Of a DNA stretch of 64,000 nt, positions 9,649 to 18,677 are shown piece after piece. The position numbers and the translations under genes were made by a program. Origin of the DNA: an uncultured beta proteobacterium (GTDB lineage Bacteria; Pseudomonadota; Gammaproteobacteria; Burkholderiales; SG8-39); contig CAVTJG010000020.1 of the NCBI GenBank assembly GCA_963735025.1, positions 64,502 through 128,501 of the forward strand, given 5' to 3'. A model generated the notes under the pieces. It was not told the origin of the DNA, ran no database searches, and saw nothing but the letters and a program-made list of their open reading frames with translations. How positions within the stretch are numbered: the stretch's first letter is position 1; every line of letters begins with the position of its first letter.

Positions 9649-10743
9649 TCAACCCGCGGGAGGCGGGGCCGGGCCCGAAGCGGGCAGCTCGAACCAGAAT
9701 GTCGCGCCGAACCCGGCGGCGCTCTCGACCGCGACCCGGCCGCCGTGGGCCTCGACAACCTGCTCGACGATCGGCAGCCCGAAGCCGCGGGCGCCGTGCC
9801 GGGGCCGCGTCGCCTCGCCCTTGCGGAAGATTTTACCGCTCTCGCTTTCGGCGATCCCCACACCGTCGTCACGCACCCAGCAGACGACCGATTCGCCGCG
9901 CAACGTCGCCTCCGCGCCGACGATGATCTCGCCGCCGGGCGTGTGTTCGATCGCGTTGGCAAGCAGGTTCTGGAACACGCGCGCGAGCAGCCATGCATCC
10001 GCATGCACCACGAGGCGCTCGGGCACTGTGTTCGCAATGCGCGTGCCGCCGGCATGCGCGAGCGGCTCGAGATTCTCTGCGACTGCCCCGACGAGTGGCC
10101 TGAGTTCGAAGTGCTGAAGGTCGGGTTCGGGCAGCGCATCCGCAGCCAATATGCTCGCGTCCAGGGCCCTGCCAAGCAGCAGCGACAGCTGCTCGATGTT
10201 GCGCCGCACGCTGCGCAACATCTTGTGCACGCGTGCGTCGTCGGTCGTGGATCGGGCGCGCTCGACGGTCGCCGCGGCGAGCGAGATGGCGTTCAGCGGC
10301 GCGCGCAGATCGTGCAGCAGGAATGCGCGTTGCTCCGCCTCCATGTGGCGCAGTGCCGACGCTTCCCGGCGCGCAGCACCGAGCAACGCGCGGCAGAGCG
10401 CACGGTCGAGCTCCCGGTGCAGGATCTCCGCGGCACGGTCGTGCGGTGCCAGCCCGTGCGCGGCTGCGCTCGCGTGCAGACAGCTGCGCAGCGCGCCGAT
10501 CTCGCGCGCGATCTCGGCGGCGTCCTCGGACCCGAGTTCCGCGCTGGTGATACTCGCAGCACCGCCCGCGGCCGTGTCCTGCCGGAGCGCGGTGATCAGG
10601 TCGGCGAGCAGCGCCGACGCGTCGAGCACCGGGGCCGGGGGCTCGGGGGACCGGGGCAACGATGCGAGCCGCCGCCGCCACTCGCCGAGCAAAGATCCGC
10701 GGTCCCGATCGATTTGCGCTGCAAGGGCGCGGGTGTCGTTCAC
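9649..10743 (-). CDS. soluble sensor histidine kinase
   Basis: ORF 9649..11019, trimmed to a GTG at 10743 because the upstream part overlaps the CBS gene. H-box FLLHDLRAPLNAI; HATPase DDGVGI...GFGLPIV. The start is uncertain. Confidence 0.8.
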   Translation of the reverse strand: MNDTRALAAQIDRDRGSLLGEWRRRLASLPRSPEPPAPVLDASALLADLITALRQDTAAGGAASITSAELGSEDAAEIAREIGALRSCLHASAAAHGLAPHDRAAEILHRELDRALCRALLGAARREASALRHMEAEQRAFLLHDLRAPLNAISLAAATVERARSTTDDARVHKMLRSVRRNIEQLSLLLGRALDASILAADALPEPDLQHFELRPLVGAVAENLEPLAHAGGTRIANTVPERLVVHADAWLLARVFQNLLANAIEHTPGGEIIVGAEATLRGESVVCWVRDDGVGIAESESGKIFRKGEATRPRHGARGFGLPIVEQVVEAHGGRVAVESAAGFGATFWFELPASGPAPPPAG

Positions 10744-10795
10744 CGGGGTAGCGTAGATCGCGCGCGGTGGCTGGCGAAATGCGTGCGCGCACCGA

Positions 10796-10811
10796 TACGT
10801 GCTGGCACGTA
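10796..10811. promoter_or_regulatory. 16-bp near-palindrome TACGTGCTGGCACGTA (copy 2)
   Basis: Identical to 7112..7127. It lies about 55 nt upstream of the putative kinase start, between the CBS gene and the kinase. Confidence 0.3.
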
Positions 10812-10861
10812 GGGAACGTACCTGCGCACGCGGCTGCGCCGCGCTTGCGGACGCTCCGCCG

Positions 10862-11296
10862 CTAGCGTGCCGGCTGCGAGATCGCCTCGACCGCCGCACC
10901 CGCGGGCTCGGGCCCGGTGGCGATGGCGATGTCGCCGAGCGAGACGATGCCGACGAGCCGCTTCTGGCGGCTGAGCACCGGCAGCCGGCGCACCTGCAGC
11001 TTGGCCATGTTGGCCGCAACGTCGCCGATCTCGTCGTCTTCGAAGCAGTATTTCATGTCTTCCGTCATGACGTCGCGCACCACGGTATCGGGGCCCTTGC
11101 CCGCAGCCACGGCACGAATCGCGATATCGCGATCGGTGATCATCCCGACCAGGCGGTCGTTCTCACCGACCGGCAGGACTCCCATGTCGGACTCTGCCAT
11201 CATCCGCGCCGCCTCGTGGATGCTTTGCTGCGGGCTCGCCAGCCGGACGTCGCGGGTCATCACATCGCCTATGTTCACCGGTCTCTCCTCTTTCAT
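10862..11296 (-). CDS. CBS domain pair protein
   Basis: Internal Met (MKEERPVNIGDVMTRDV) of ORF 10862..11512. Two CBS repeats: VMTRDV...LPV and VMTEDM...LPVL. Confidence 0.9.
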   Translation of the reverse strand: MKEERPVNIGDVMTRDVRLASPQQSIHEAARMMAESDMGVLPVGENDRLVGMITDRDIAIRAVAAGKGPDTVVRDVMTEDMKYCFEDDEIGDVAANMAKLQVRRLPVLSRQKRLVGIVSLGDIAIATGPEPAGAAVEAISQPAR

Positions 11297-11342
11297 GATT
11301 CGGTTTGCTTGCGCCGGGCGGCGCATTTCCGAAAAAGCTCTC

Positions 11343-11356
11343 GCAAGCGCCATACC
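11343..11356 (-). promoter_or_regulatory. weaker sigma-54-like promoter for the CBS gene
   Basis: The reverse strand reads GGTATGGCGCTTGC (one mismatch in the -24 box). The -12 C lies 46 nt before the ATG, a spacing similar to the exact sites. Confidence 0.4.
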
Positions 11357-11385
11357 CGCGCCGCGCGCGGCGCTTGCGCTCGGAA

Positions 11386-11778
11386 TCAGAGTCGCGGCCG
11401 GTCGGGTTGCGCAAACGTCTTCTCGTGCAAGCTCTGGCAATCGATGCACCGGAACGCGATCGGCAGTGCCTGGAGGCGTTCGACGTCGATGTCGCGGCCG
11501 CAGTCGCGGCATGTTCCGTAAGTGCGCTCGCGAATGCGCTCGAGCGCCTCGTCGTGCTCGCGCAGATCCTGCAGGTCACGCCCGAGCTCGGCGTTATCGA
11601 GGTCGACGATGAGATCGGCGAGCGACTCGTCGCCCGGATCGGGGGCTGGCCCGGCGAGCTCTCCGTAAGTCCGGCCGCGGTTTCGCGCGATCTCGACGCG
11701 GATCTCGCGCTCGAGCGCGTCGCGCCGCCCGGTGACGAGGCGCTCGAAGCGCTCCAGCTGTTCGGTGCCCAGGGTCAT
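11386..11778 (-). CDS. DksA/TraR-family C4 zinc-finger protein
   Basis: Internal Met (MTLGTEQLERFE) of ORF 11386..12345. The C-terminus CRDCGRDIDVERLQALPIAFRCIDCQ is a CxxC-N17-CxxC finger. Confidence 0.85.
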   Translation of the reverse strand: MTLGTEQLERFERLVTGRRDALEREIRVEIARNRGRTYGELAGPAPDPGDESLADLIVDLDNAELGRDLQDLREHDEALERIRERTYGTCRDCGRDIDVERLQALPIAFRCIDCQSLHEKTFAQPDRPRL

Positions 11779-12107
11779 GGTTCTCGCATCGGGTCCACGA
11801 TCTCCGCGACCTCGTACAGGTGCGGATCGATGCCGTCGGCGAGCGTGTCGAAGCGGTCCCATTCCTTCCGGAACTCGGGGGCCTGGTGAGCGATCCGCAG
11901 GAGCTCGCGATTCTCCCACTGCACGTAGTTCAGGATCCGCTTCCCGTCGAGGCTGCGATGCAGGCTGATCGAGACACACCCTGGCTGGCGCGCCATGAAA
12001 CGGGCGCGCTCGCCCATCAGGCCGAGCGCCTCGGCTTGCTTGTCCGGTTCCGCCTCGACGAAGGTGATCTGGGTGACGAGCTGGTTGTCGGCTCGAATGA
12101 TTGGCAT
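11775..12107 (-). CDS. antibiotic-biosynthesis-monooxygenase (ABM) domain protein
   Basis: ORF 11775..12107. Its stop overlaps the downstream dksA-like start (ATGA). The ferredoxin-like ABM pattern is VTQITFVEAEPDKQ...ILNYVQWENRE. Confidence 0.75.
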   Translation of the reverse strand: MPIIRADNQLVTQITFVEAEPDKQAEALGLMGERARFMARQPGCVSISLHRSLDGKRILNYVQWENRELLRIAHQAPEFRKEWDRFDTLADGIDPHLYEVAEIVDPMREP

Positions 12108-12150
12108 GGGTGTCCTCCTTTACAGGTGGCAAGCTGTTCCTGGACCCGAG

Positions 12151-12164
12151 GCACGCCATATGCC
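12151..12164 (-). promoter_or_regulatory. weaker sigma-54-like promoter for the ABM-DksA operon
   Basis: The reverse strand reads GGCATATGGCGTGC (GG-N10-GC, with -12 GTGC). The -12 C lies 43 nt before the ABM ATG, matching the 41-46 nt spacing class. Confidence 0.4.
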
Positions 12165-12347
12165 CGGAGAAGGGTGGCGGCACGTTCGGCCGAGGGTCTC
12201 GGGCACGGCGCTTGCACCCGATTCGTGCACCCGATTCGACGTGCATCGACTGGGAAACCGCATGGCCGAGAAAATCGAGCGGAAATTCACGGTGAAGCCC
12301 CAGGAGGGCCCACCGCCGGGATAATCTGCCCGGTGGCGGGGACACCT

Positions 12348-12974
12348 ATGAGGTCGACAGCGTCCAGACACTTCTCGTTGATCCGCGAGTTCCGACTCGC
12401 GGATTTCTTCACGCTCGGGAATGCAGCCTGCGGCGTTGCCGCGGTGCTCTGCGCGATCCTCTACGCGGAGGAGCGCTCGCCGGCTTACTTCCATGGCGCG
12501 GCAGCCCTCGTGCTGGGCGCGTTGATTCTCGACATCCTCGACGGCCGCATCGCGCGCTGGCGGAAAGTGAGCTCGTCGCTCGGGCGCGAGCTCGATTCCC
12601 TCGCGGATGTCATCTCCTTCGGCGTCGCTCCCGCGACGCTCGGATTCGCAGCAGGTTTGCGCGGCGGATGGGACTGGGTGGTTCTGACCTATTTCGTCTG
12701 CTGCGGCGTGAGCCGCCTCGCGCGGTTCAACGTGACCGCGGAGAAGCTCTCGAAGGGGAAAGGCAAGGTCGCCTATTTCGAAGGCACGCCTATTCCAACC
12801 AGCATCGTGCTAGTCGGTGTGCTGGCGTTCGCGGCCTGGCGTGAGCGGCTCGACGAGCAGCTCTACTGGGGTGTGTGGACGCTGGGGCCCTGGGAGTTGC
12901 ATCCGTTGGCACTGCTATTCGCCCTCTCGGGAACGCTCATGATCAGCAAGACGCTGCGCATTCCGAAGCTCTAG
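12348..12974 (+). CDS. pssA: CDP-alcohol phosphatidyltransferase (phosphatidylserine synthase-like)
   Basis: Internal Met (MRSTASRHFS) of ORF 11820..12974. CDP-OH-P motif DILDGRIARW...GRELDSLADVISFG. Multi-TM. Confidence 0.8.
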   Translation: MRSTASRHFSLIREFRLADFFTLGNAACGVAAVLCAILYAEERSPAYFHGAAALVLGALILDILDGRIARWRKVSSSLGRELDSLADVISFGVAPATLGFAAGLRGGWDWVVLTYFVCCGVSRLARFNVTAEKLSKGKGKVAYFEGTPIPTSIVLVGVLAFAAWRERLDEQLYWGVWTLGPWELHPLALLFALSGTLMISKTLRIPKL

Positions 12975-13220
12975 CTAGATCACCAAGGCGGACATCACCG
13001 CCTGAAAATCGTCGCCCGAGGGCCGGTCCAGATCGAAAACCAGCTTGTCGGGATTGGCGATCTTTTCGGTACGGCCCAGCCAGCCGTGGCCCATCGTGAC
13101 CGTCGACCGAACCCGGCTGCCACGCTCGGTCCGCCGCACAAGGCACGCCGATTGCCTTGTCCATGGCACGATTTCCACCGAGGGCGAGCAGTCTCGCACT
13201 CCCATGATCCGCGCATTCAA
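12975..13220 (-). pseudogene. possible remnant of a LigD polymerase/primase domain
   Basis: ORF 12975..13220 ends ...MGHGWLGRTEKIANPDKLVFDLDRPSGDDFQAV. This resembles the LigD-Pol motif (H-x-W-G-S-R...PD-R-L-I-F-D-L-D-P) recalled from memory. It is only about 80 aa, is wedged between pssA and the GH-like gene, and overlaps the latter's start. Confidence 0.3.
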
Positions 13221-14427
13221 GAGCCCGGTGCAGGTGTGCTTCGAGACCGGCCTCCATCGGTCGCGATCCGGCAGCCGGATCGATCACGGTGCACTGACCC
13301 GTCATGACCGGTTTGCCGCGCTCGATTACGCGCGGCTCGCCCGGCTCGGCGTCGAGACGGTGCGGGAGGGGGTGCGCTGGCCGGCTGTCGAGTATCCGGC
13401 CCGGCACTATGACTTCGGTGTCCTCGCGCCACGGATCCATGCTGCCCGCATGCAAGGCACGGAAATCGTCTGGACCCTGCTCGACGGCGGCTGGCCCGAC
13501 GACCTCGATCCCATGCAGCCCGAGTTCGTGGGTCGGTTTGCGGCTTTCGCCGGCGCGTTCGCGCGGTTCCTGCGGGATGACCGCGCGGACCATGCGCCGT
13601 GGATCGTGCCGATCGATCAGATCGGGCCGCGCGCCTGGCTCGGCGGCGAAGTCGCGCACGCCGAGCCGTACCTCGAGGAGCGTGGACTCGAATTGCAGAC
13701 ACAGCTCGTCCGGGCGGCCCTCGCCGCCGCCGATGCGTTCCGTTCGGCGATTCCCGGAGCGCGCCTGATCTGCGCGGAGCCGCTGCTTCACGTTTCTGCT
13801 CATCCGGACCGACCCGGCGAGATCGAGGAAGCGGCAGCGTATGACGCACGACGCCACAGCGTGCTCGACATGCTGATCGGGCGGATCTGGCCGCAGCTTG
13901 GCGGCGGTCCGCGTTACGTCGACCTCGTCGGCCTCTACTATTACCCCGACAGCCAGCGCTACTACGCCGGCCCGAAGTATCCGGGACCTGCCATCCCGCC
14001 GGCCGCACCGGGCTGGCGCGCGCTGCGTGAGCTGGTCATCGAAGCTGCGCGGCGCTCCGCGCGTCCCGTGTTCATCGCCGGCACCGGGCGCGACGACGCG
14101 TTTGCGCCGGCATGGTTCAGCTACGTGTGCCGCGAGGCGCAACATGCGGCGTGTGCGGGTGCATGCGTGGCGGGCGTCGGCTTGCACCCGGCAGTGGATT
14201 GCCCGCCGCCCACCGGCCGCGGCCGTCCGGCGCGCGGAATCTGGGGCGACGCGGACGCCGCGGGACAGCGCCAGATGGATACCGCGCTCGCCGAACGGAT
14301 CGCGCTGGAGTGCGCGCTCTTTGCGGACGCGCAGCGCGACAGTGCTCCGTCGTGTCCAATGCTCGGCACAACGTCCGGGATCGAGGTGCCGCGGTCCCCG
14401 GCGATCATCAGCAGACGGCGTGTCTGA
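13204..14427 (+). CDS. TIM-barrel glycoside-hydrolase-like protein
   Basis: Internal Met (MIRAFKSPVQV) of ORF 13045..14427. It resembles beta-glucosidase-related proteins (VETVREGVRWPAVE...TEIVWTL). The family call is tentative. Confidence 0.55.
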   Translation: MIRAFKSPVQVCFETGLHRSRSGSRIDHGALTRHDRFAALDYARLARLGVETVREGVRWPAVEYPARHYDFGVLAPRIHAARMQGTEIVWTLLDGGWPDDLDPMQPEFVGRFAAFAGAFARFLRDDRADHAPWIVPIDQIGPRAWLGGEVAHAEPYLEERGLELQTQLVRAALAAADAFRSAIPGARLICAEPLLHVSAHPDRPGEIEEAAAYDARRHSVLDMLIGRIWPQLGGGPRYVDLVGLYYYPDSQRYYAGPKYPGPAIPPAAPGWRALRELVIEAARRSARPVFIAGTGRDDAFAPAWFSYVCREAQHAACAGACVAGVGLHPAVDCPPPTGRGRPARGIWGDADAAGQRQMDTALAERIALECALFADAQRDSAPSCPMLGTTSGIEVPRSPAIISRRRV

Positions 14428-14430
14428 TCT

Positions 14431-16434
14431 GTGCGCGGCGATATGGGCGCGACGCTCGCCGGATGCTCCGGACTCCACCGTCGACCGCATAGGTGGCGGG
14501 CACCCGGACTCCTGAGCGCGACGCTCGGGAGCGTCGCGGGACTTCTCCTCGTGGCGATGGTGTACCTGTTCATGGACGATAACTGGAACTGGTTGCGCGG
14601 ACCGATCGAGCATCTGGTCGAAGCCGGTACGGGACGCGAGTTCCGCATCGATGGCGATCTTCGCGTCGATCTGTTTCCGAGCCCCCGCGTGGTGATGGAG
14701 AACGTCCGGTTCGCCAATCCGAGCTGGGCGAAGCATCGTTGGATGCTGACAAGCAAGCGCGTCCGATTCGTACTGGACGGAAGAGCGCTCCTGCGTGGTG
14801 ACGCCGCGATCTCCGAACTATCGCTCCAAGGGACCTGGTTGGCGCTGGAACGAAACGCGCGGGGCGCGAAAAGCTGGACGCTGGGAGAAGGGGCGGATCC
14901 GGATGCCATCCGTCCGCCACGGATCGGCGGCTTGACGATCAGGGACGGGACCGTGCGCTATTACGATGCGTCCAGCGACACGTCGCTCACTATCTGGCTG
15001 CATACGAACGGGACATCCGACAGCCTGCCGACGTCCTTTTCGGCCGAAGGGACGTATCGCGGCCGAAGTCTTTTCGCCACCGGCTATGCCGGCGAGATCG
15101 TATCGATTACCGACACTGCGCGTCCGTTCCCCATCCGCGGCGTGGTTCAGTCGGGGGCGACACGCGCCGTGGTAGAAGGCACATTGACGAATCTGGCCAA
15201 CTTCTCGCCAGCCCACCTCCAGATCATTCTCGAAGGGCGCGACCTCGCCGATCTCCGCCCGCTGCTCCCGTTCCCGCTCCCGACGACCGGGCAATACAGC
15301 GTGAAGGGAGCACTTGTGCGCGATGGCGTGCGCTGGCAGCTCCGAAACTTCGTCGGGCGGGTCGGGAACAGCGATCTCTCCGGAACAATCAAATACGAAC
15401 CATCCGGACCAGGCGCGCCCAAACCGAAGTTGACCGGAACGGTGCACTCGGGACATCTCGATCTCGCCGATCTCGGAGGTCTTCTCGGGGAAAATCTCCG
15501 ACCCGGTCACGATGGCCGCATGGTTTCCAGCGAACCGTACGAGGCGGATCGCATTCGTGCCATCAACGTCGACCTGCGGTTGACCGGGCAACGTCTCCAG
15601 CGCCCTGGAGACCTCCCGTTGCAGGATATTGCAGCGCATCTGGTCATCAGCGACGGGATCGCCAGACTGGATCCCGTCGGATTCGGGGTCGCCGACGGTA
15701 CCGTGGTCGCAGAGATCCAAGTCGACGCGACGCGGGCACCGCTCCGTTCCCGCCTCCATGCGACCGCGAAGCAGCTGCGGCTCGCCAGGCTGCTTCCGGA
15801 ACCGAGGCGAAAGACGGGCGGCAATGCGCGCGTCAGTGGCACGATCGACCTTCACGGGACCGGCGACTCGGTCGCAGCCTTCCTCGCGAGCGCCACGGGC
15901 GCGATCGCGTTTGTTGGCTCGGGCGGCACGGTATCGCGGGTCCTTGCGGACCTGGGCGGACTCGAGTTGGGGAAAGCAATCGATTCGCTGCTGGGAAGTG
16001 CCAAGCCGGTGGCCATGCGTTGTGGCGTCGCATCTTTCGATGTCGAAAGCGGCATCATGAGCACCGATCTGCTGGTGCTCGATACCGTGGACACCGTCAT
16101 CGTCGGATCCGGCAGCATCAATCTGGCCGATGAAACGCTGTCCTTGACGCTACGGCCCGAGACCAAGACGCCGGGCATCCTTTCGGGGCGCTTCCCGATT
16201 CGTATCGAGGGGACCTTTTCCAAACCCAAGCTGCAGGCCGACCGCAGCGCACTGGTGGTCCGCGGCGGTGCCGCGCTTGCATTCGGACTCGTGAATCCGC
16301 TTGCCGCGCTGATTCCGCTCGTCGATACCGGGACGGGAGAGGACGCGAACTGCCCCGCGCTGATCGCGAGGGTGCAGCAACGGGAGCGACGGGAAGGCGA
16401 TTCCGCTATCGCCGCCAACCACGCGCGGCGGTAG
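14431..16434 (+). CDS. AsmA-family outer-membrane biogenesis protein
   Basis: ORF 14431..16434 with an N-terminal TM (VAGLLLVAMVYLF). The layout is typical of AsmA: ...FRIDGDLRVDLFPSPRVVMENVRF... at the start and ...LSLTLRPETK... near the end. Confidence 0.8.
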   Translation: MRGDMGATLAGCSGLHRRPHRWRAPGLLSATLGSVAGLLLVAMVYLFMDDNWNWLRGPIEHLVEAGTGREFRIDGDLRVDLFPSPRVVMENVRFANPSWAKHRWMLTSKRVRFVLDGRALLRGDAAISELSLQGTWLALERNARGAKSWTLGEGADPDAIRPPRIGGLTIRDGTVRYYDASSDTSLTIWLHTNGTSDSLPTSFSAEGTYRGRSLFATGYAGEIVSITDTARPFPIRGVVQSGATRAVVEGTLTNLANFSPAHLQIILEGRDLADLRPLLPFPLPTTGQYSVKGALVRDGVRWQLRNFVGRVGNSDLSGTIKYEPSGPGAPKPKLTGTVHSGHLDLADLGGLLGENLRPGHDGRMVSSEPYEADRIRAINVDLRLTGQRLQRPGDLPLQDIAAHLVISDGIARLDPVGFGVADGTVVAEIQVDATRAPLRSRLHATAKQLRLARLLPEPRRKTGGNARVSGTIDLHGTGDSVAAFLASATGAIAFVGSGGTVSRVLADLGGLELGKAIDSLLGSAKPVAMRCGVASFDVESGIMSTDLLVLDTVDTVIVGSGSINLADETLSLTLRPETKTPGILSGRFPIRIEGTFSKPKLQADRSALVVRGGAALAFGLVNPLAALIPLVDTGTGEDANCPALIARVQQRERREGDSAIAANHARR

Positions 16435-16556
16435 CGCGATTCGCGCACTATCGCGCGGCCGGGAGCGTCCCGGCGATGCGCGCTCGTTTCAAGCCGTACA
16501 TGCGGCGCCTGACAACACTGCTCGACAGAGCAGCCTGTTGCCCGCGCGGTCGCCGC

Positions 16557-18068
16557 TCACCGAAGGAGTCGCCAAAGCGGGATGACCCCGAACCATAGGA
16601 CATGGATCAACGCCAGCACGATCAGGCCGTCGATCCGCGCCAGCGATTCCGCGGCCCGCAAGCGCCGAGCGAGTCGCCAGAGCAGCCATGCGGCGCTCGG
16701 TATGGCCAACAGTGTGACCGGCCGATAGATCTCGCTTACGCCGTCGATGCGCGACCACAGGGCCGCGACGACCGCCGATCCGGCCGTCGCCGCAATGGCC
16801 AGCAGGATGGCCCGTCGCCTTCCGAGGCGGACCGCCAGCGTCAGCTTGCCGGCGGCGCGATCCGCATCGCGGTCGGGAACGCCGGCAAGCGTGATCGAGG
16901 GCAGGATGGCGATTCCGAGGGGCACCGCGAGGAGCCACGGAAGCGGGTCGCTCCATCCGCCCCCCTGCAGGAGGTACCCTGGAAGCAGGACGCCGATGCT
17001 GTGAGTGAAAGCGACCGCGATCTCCCCGGCGCCGCGATGCGACAGCCGGAGCGGCGGAACCGTATAGCCGAGCGCGATGACCCCGACCGTTACGATGACG
17101 GCCGCCGCCGGGCCACGGCTCGAAACCGGCTGAAGGGCCGCGGCGAACAGCAGTGCAGCACTGCAGAGCGCCACGAAAGTCCCCGTGGCGAGCGCGCGCG
17201 ACCCCAGCCGCCCATCCACGATCACGCGTGACCCGCCGTTGAACGGCCCCGCGTTCCGGTTGCGCCGATCACTCTCGTAGTCGAAGAGCTCGTTCGAGAA
17301 CACCGTCGCGGCTTCGACCAGGAAAATCGCGACGAGGCCGAACCAGTAAGGGCCCGCGGCGAGCGGATCGTCCCCGGCGGCCGCCAAGGCTCCCACGGTG
17401 TACGCAATCGCCGTGAGCGGATAGAACTGGAGGCGCAGCGCTGCCAGCCAGGCAAGTAGCGTATCGAGCCGGCGTCTCCAAGGCGCCAGAACACCGCCAG
17501 CCAGCGCGCGCCCGCGTGCCCACGCGGTGGCGAGCCAATCGGCCCGGCTGCGCGCCGTCGATCCGAGAACCGGAGTGAATGACTGCTTGCGGACCGTACG
17601 AATGCCGCAAAAGCCGAGCGTCGCAGCCGCGAGCGCATGATGTCCGGGCGCAGCATAGATCCAGGAATACACCCACCGCGGCGTATCCATCGTGGTCACG
17701 AGCTCGGCGGTCTTGCCCTTGAGCAGCGGTTCCCAGTGTCCGTCACGCAGGTGCCGGAAGGCGAAGCCCGGCGCGAGCACGCGGTCGAGGAATCCCTTGA
17801 GAAGCGCCGGATAAGTGCCCCACCACGTCGGGTAGACGAACACCAGGTGGTCGGACCACTCGATCAGCTCGCGGGCGGCAACAAGGTCTGTCTCGAGGGG
17901 CTGGTCGGCCGGCGAGGGTTCGCGAACGTTCGGATCGAACTGGAGGCGGGCGAGCGAGAGCCACCGATGCGTAACCCCCGCTTCGCGCAAGCCCGCGGCG
18001 AACGACGCGGCTAGGGCGCTGCACAAGCTGTCGTCGCGTGGATGGGCGAGGATGAGCAGAACGCGCAT
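16557..18068 (-). CDS. fusion: flavodoxin-like NAD(P)H quinone reductase domain + UbiA-family prenyltransferase
   Basis: ORF 16557..18068. The N-terminal ~190 aa (MRVLLILAHPRDDSLCSAL...LVFVYPTWWGTYPALLKGFLDRV) is a Flavodoxin_2/NQO fold. The C-terminal ~300 aa is multi-TM with UbiA-like Asp-rich motifs (NELFDYESDRRN; GVPDRDADRAAG). Confidence 0.85.
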   Translation of the reverse strand: MRVLLILAHPRDDSLCSALAASFAAGLREAGVTHRWLSLARLQFDPNVREPSPADQPLETDLVAARELIEWSDHLVFVYPTWWGTYPALLKGFLDRVLAPGFAFRHLRDGHWEPLLKGKTAELVTTMDTPRWVYSWIYAAPGHHALAAATLGFCGIRTVRKQSFTPVLGSTARSRADWLATAWARGRALAGGVLAPWRRRLDTLLAWLAALRLQFYPLTAIAYTVGALAAAGDDPLAAGPYWFGLVAIFLVEAATVFSNELFDYESDRRNRNAGPFNGGSRVIVDGRLGSRALATGTFVALCSAALLFAAALQPVSSRGPAAAVIVTVGVIALGYTVPPLRLSHRGAGEIAVAFTHSIGVLLPGYLLQGGGWSDPLPWLLAVPLGIAILPSITLAGVPDRDADRAAGKLTLAVRLGRRRAILLAIAATAGSAVVAALWSRIDGVSEIYRPVTLLAIPSAAWLLWRLARRLRAAESLARIDGLIVLALIHVLWFGVIPLWRLLR

Positions 18069-18168
18069 GGCGGGCTTCGCCGGTCGGAAACTGTGATGGC
18101 GGTTCTGCTACTTCCTTCGTTACCGGCGTGTCCGTGTCGCGACTGAAGTGCGGACACACCGGCACGTG

Positions 18169-18447
18169 TCAGCGCCTGCTGCGGTACGCAAGATAGCTGG
18201 CCACTCCCGCAACGATCACGACGACCGCCGCAAGCGTGGCGACGGTTGCGACCGGTCGAGCGCGGACAGCTCCGGCCGCGGTCTCGATCATGTCTGCACC
18301 GCGATGGCCGAGCGCGGTCGTCCGGTCCGTGAACCGGTCTGCCACGGTGTCGAAAGCGCGCGTGATGGGGCGCGCCGCCTCGGTCGCGTGTTCCACGGCT
18401 TCCGCCGCTCTCTGGCGCACGGGATGATGTGACGCGAACAGCCTCAT
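18169..18447 (-). CDS. DUF883/YqjD-ElaB-like tail-anchored membrane protein
   Basis: Internal Met (MRLFASHHPV) of ORF 18169..18660 with an AGGAGG RBS. It has a helical N-terminus and the C-terminal TM VATVATLAAVVVIVAGVASYLAY. Confidence 0.6.
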   Translation of the reverse strand: MRLFASHHPVRQRAAEAVEHATEAARPITRAFDTVADRFTDRTTALGHRGADMIETAAGAVRARPVATVATLAAVVVIVAGVASYLAYRSRR

Positions 18448-18577
18448 TTCTGCCTCCTGTGTCCTGTTGTCCGGTTCTGGTGAAGAATTTGCGCAGCCTG
18501 GGCCGCCGTGCAAGAAGTCACAGTTTGACTGCGGCGGCGCCCTGGCTGATTCCGCTCGGTTCTCTGCCTTCACGTTC

Positions 18578-18591
18578 GCAAGCCCCATGCC
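18578..18591 (-). promoter_or_regulatory. sigma-54 promoter candidate for the DUF883-like gene
   Basis: The reverse strand reads GGCATGGGGCTTGC, about 130 nt upstream of the ATG at 18447. Confidence 0.6.
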
Positions 18592-18677
18592 CGCTGGCGA
18601 TGAGCGTCCCGCTGGACCACGGCGCGCGGATACTGGAATGCGTGGCAGGCCGATCTGCACGCCTGAGCGTCAACCGT

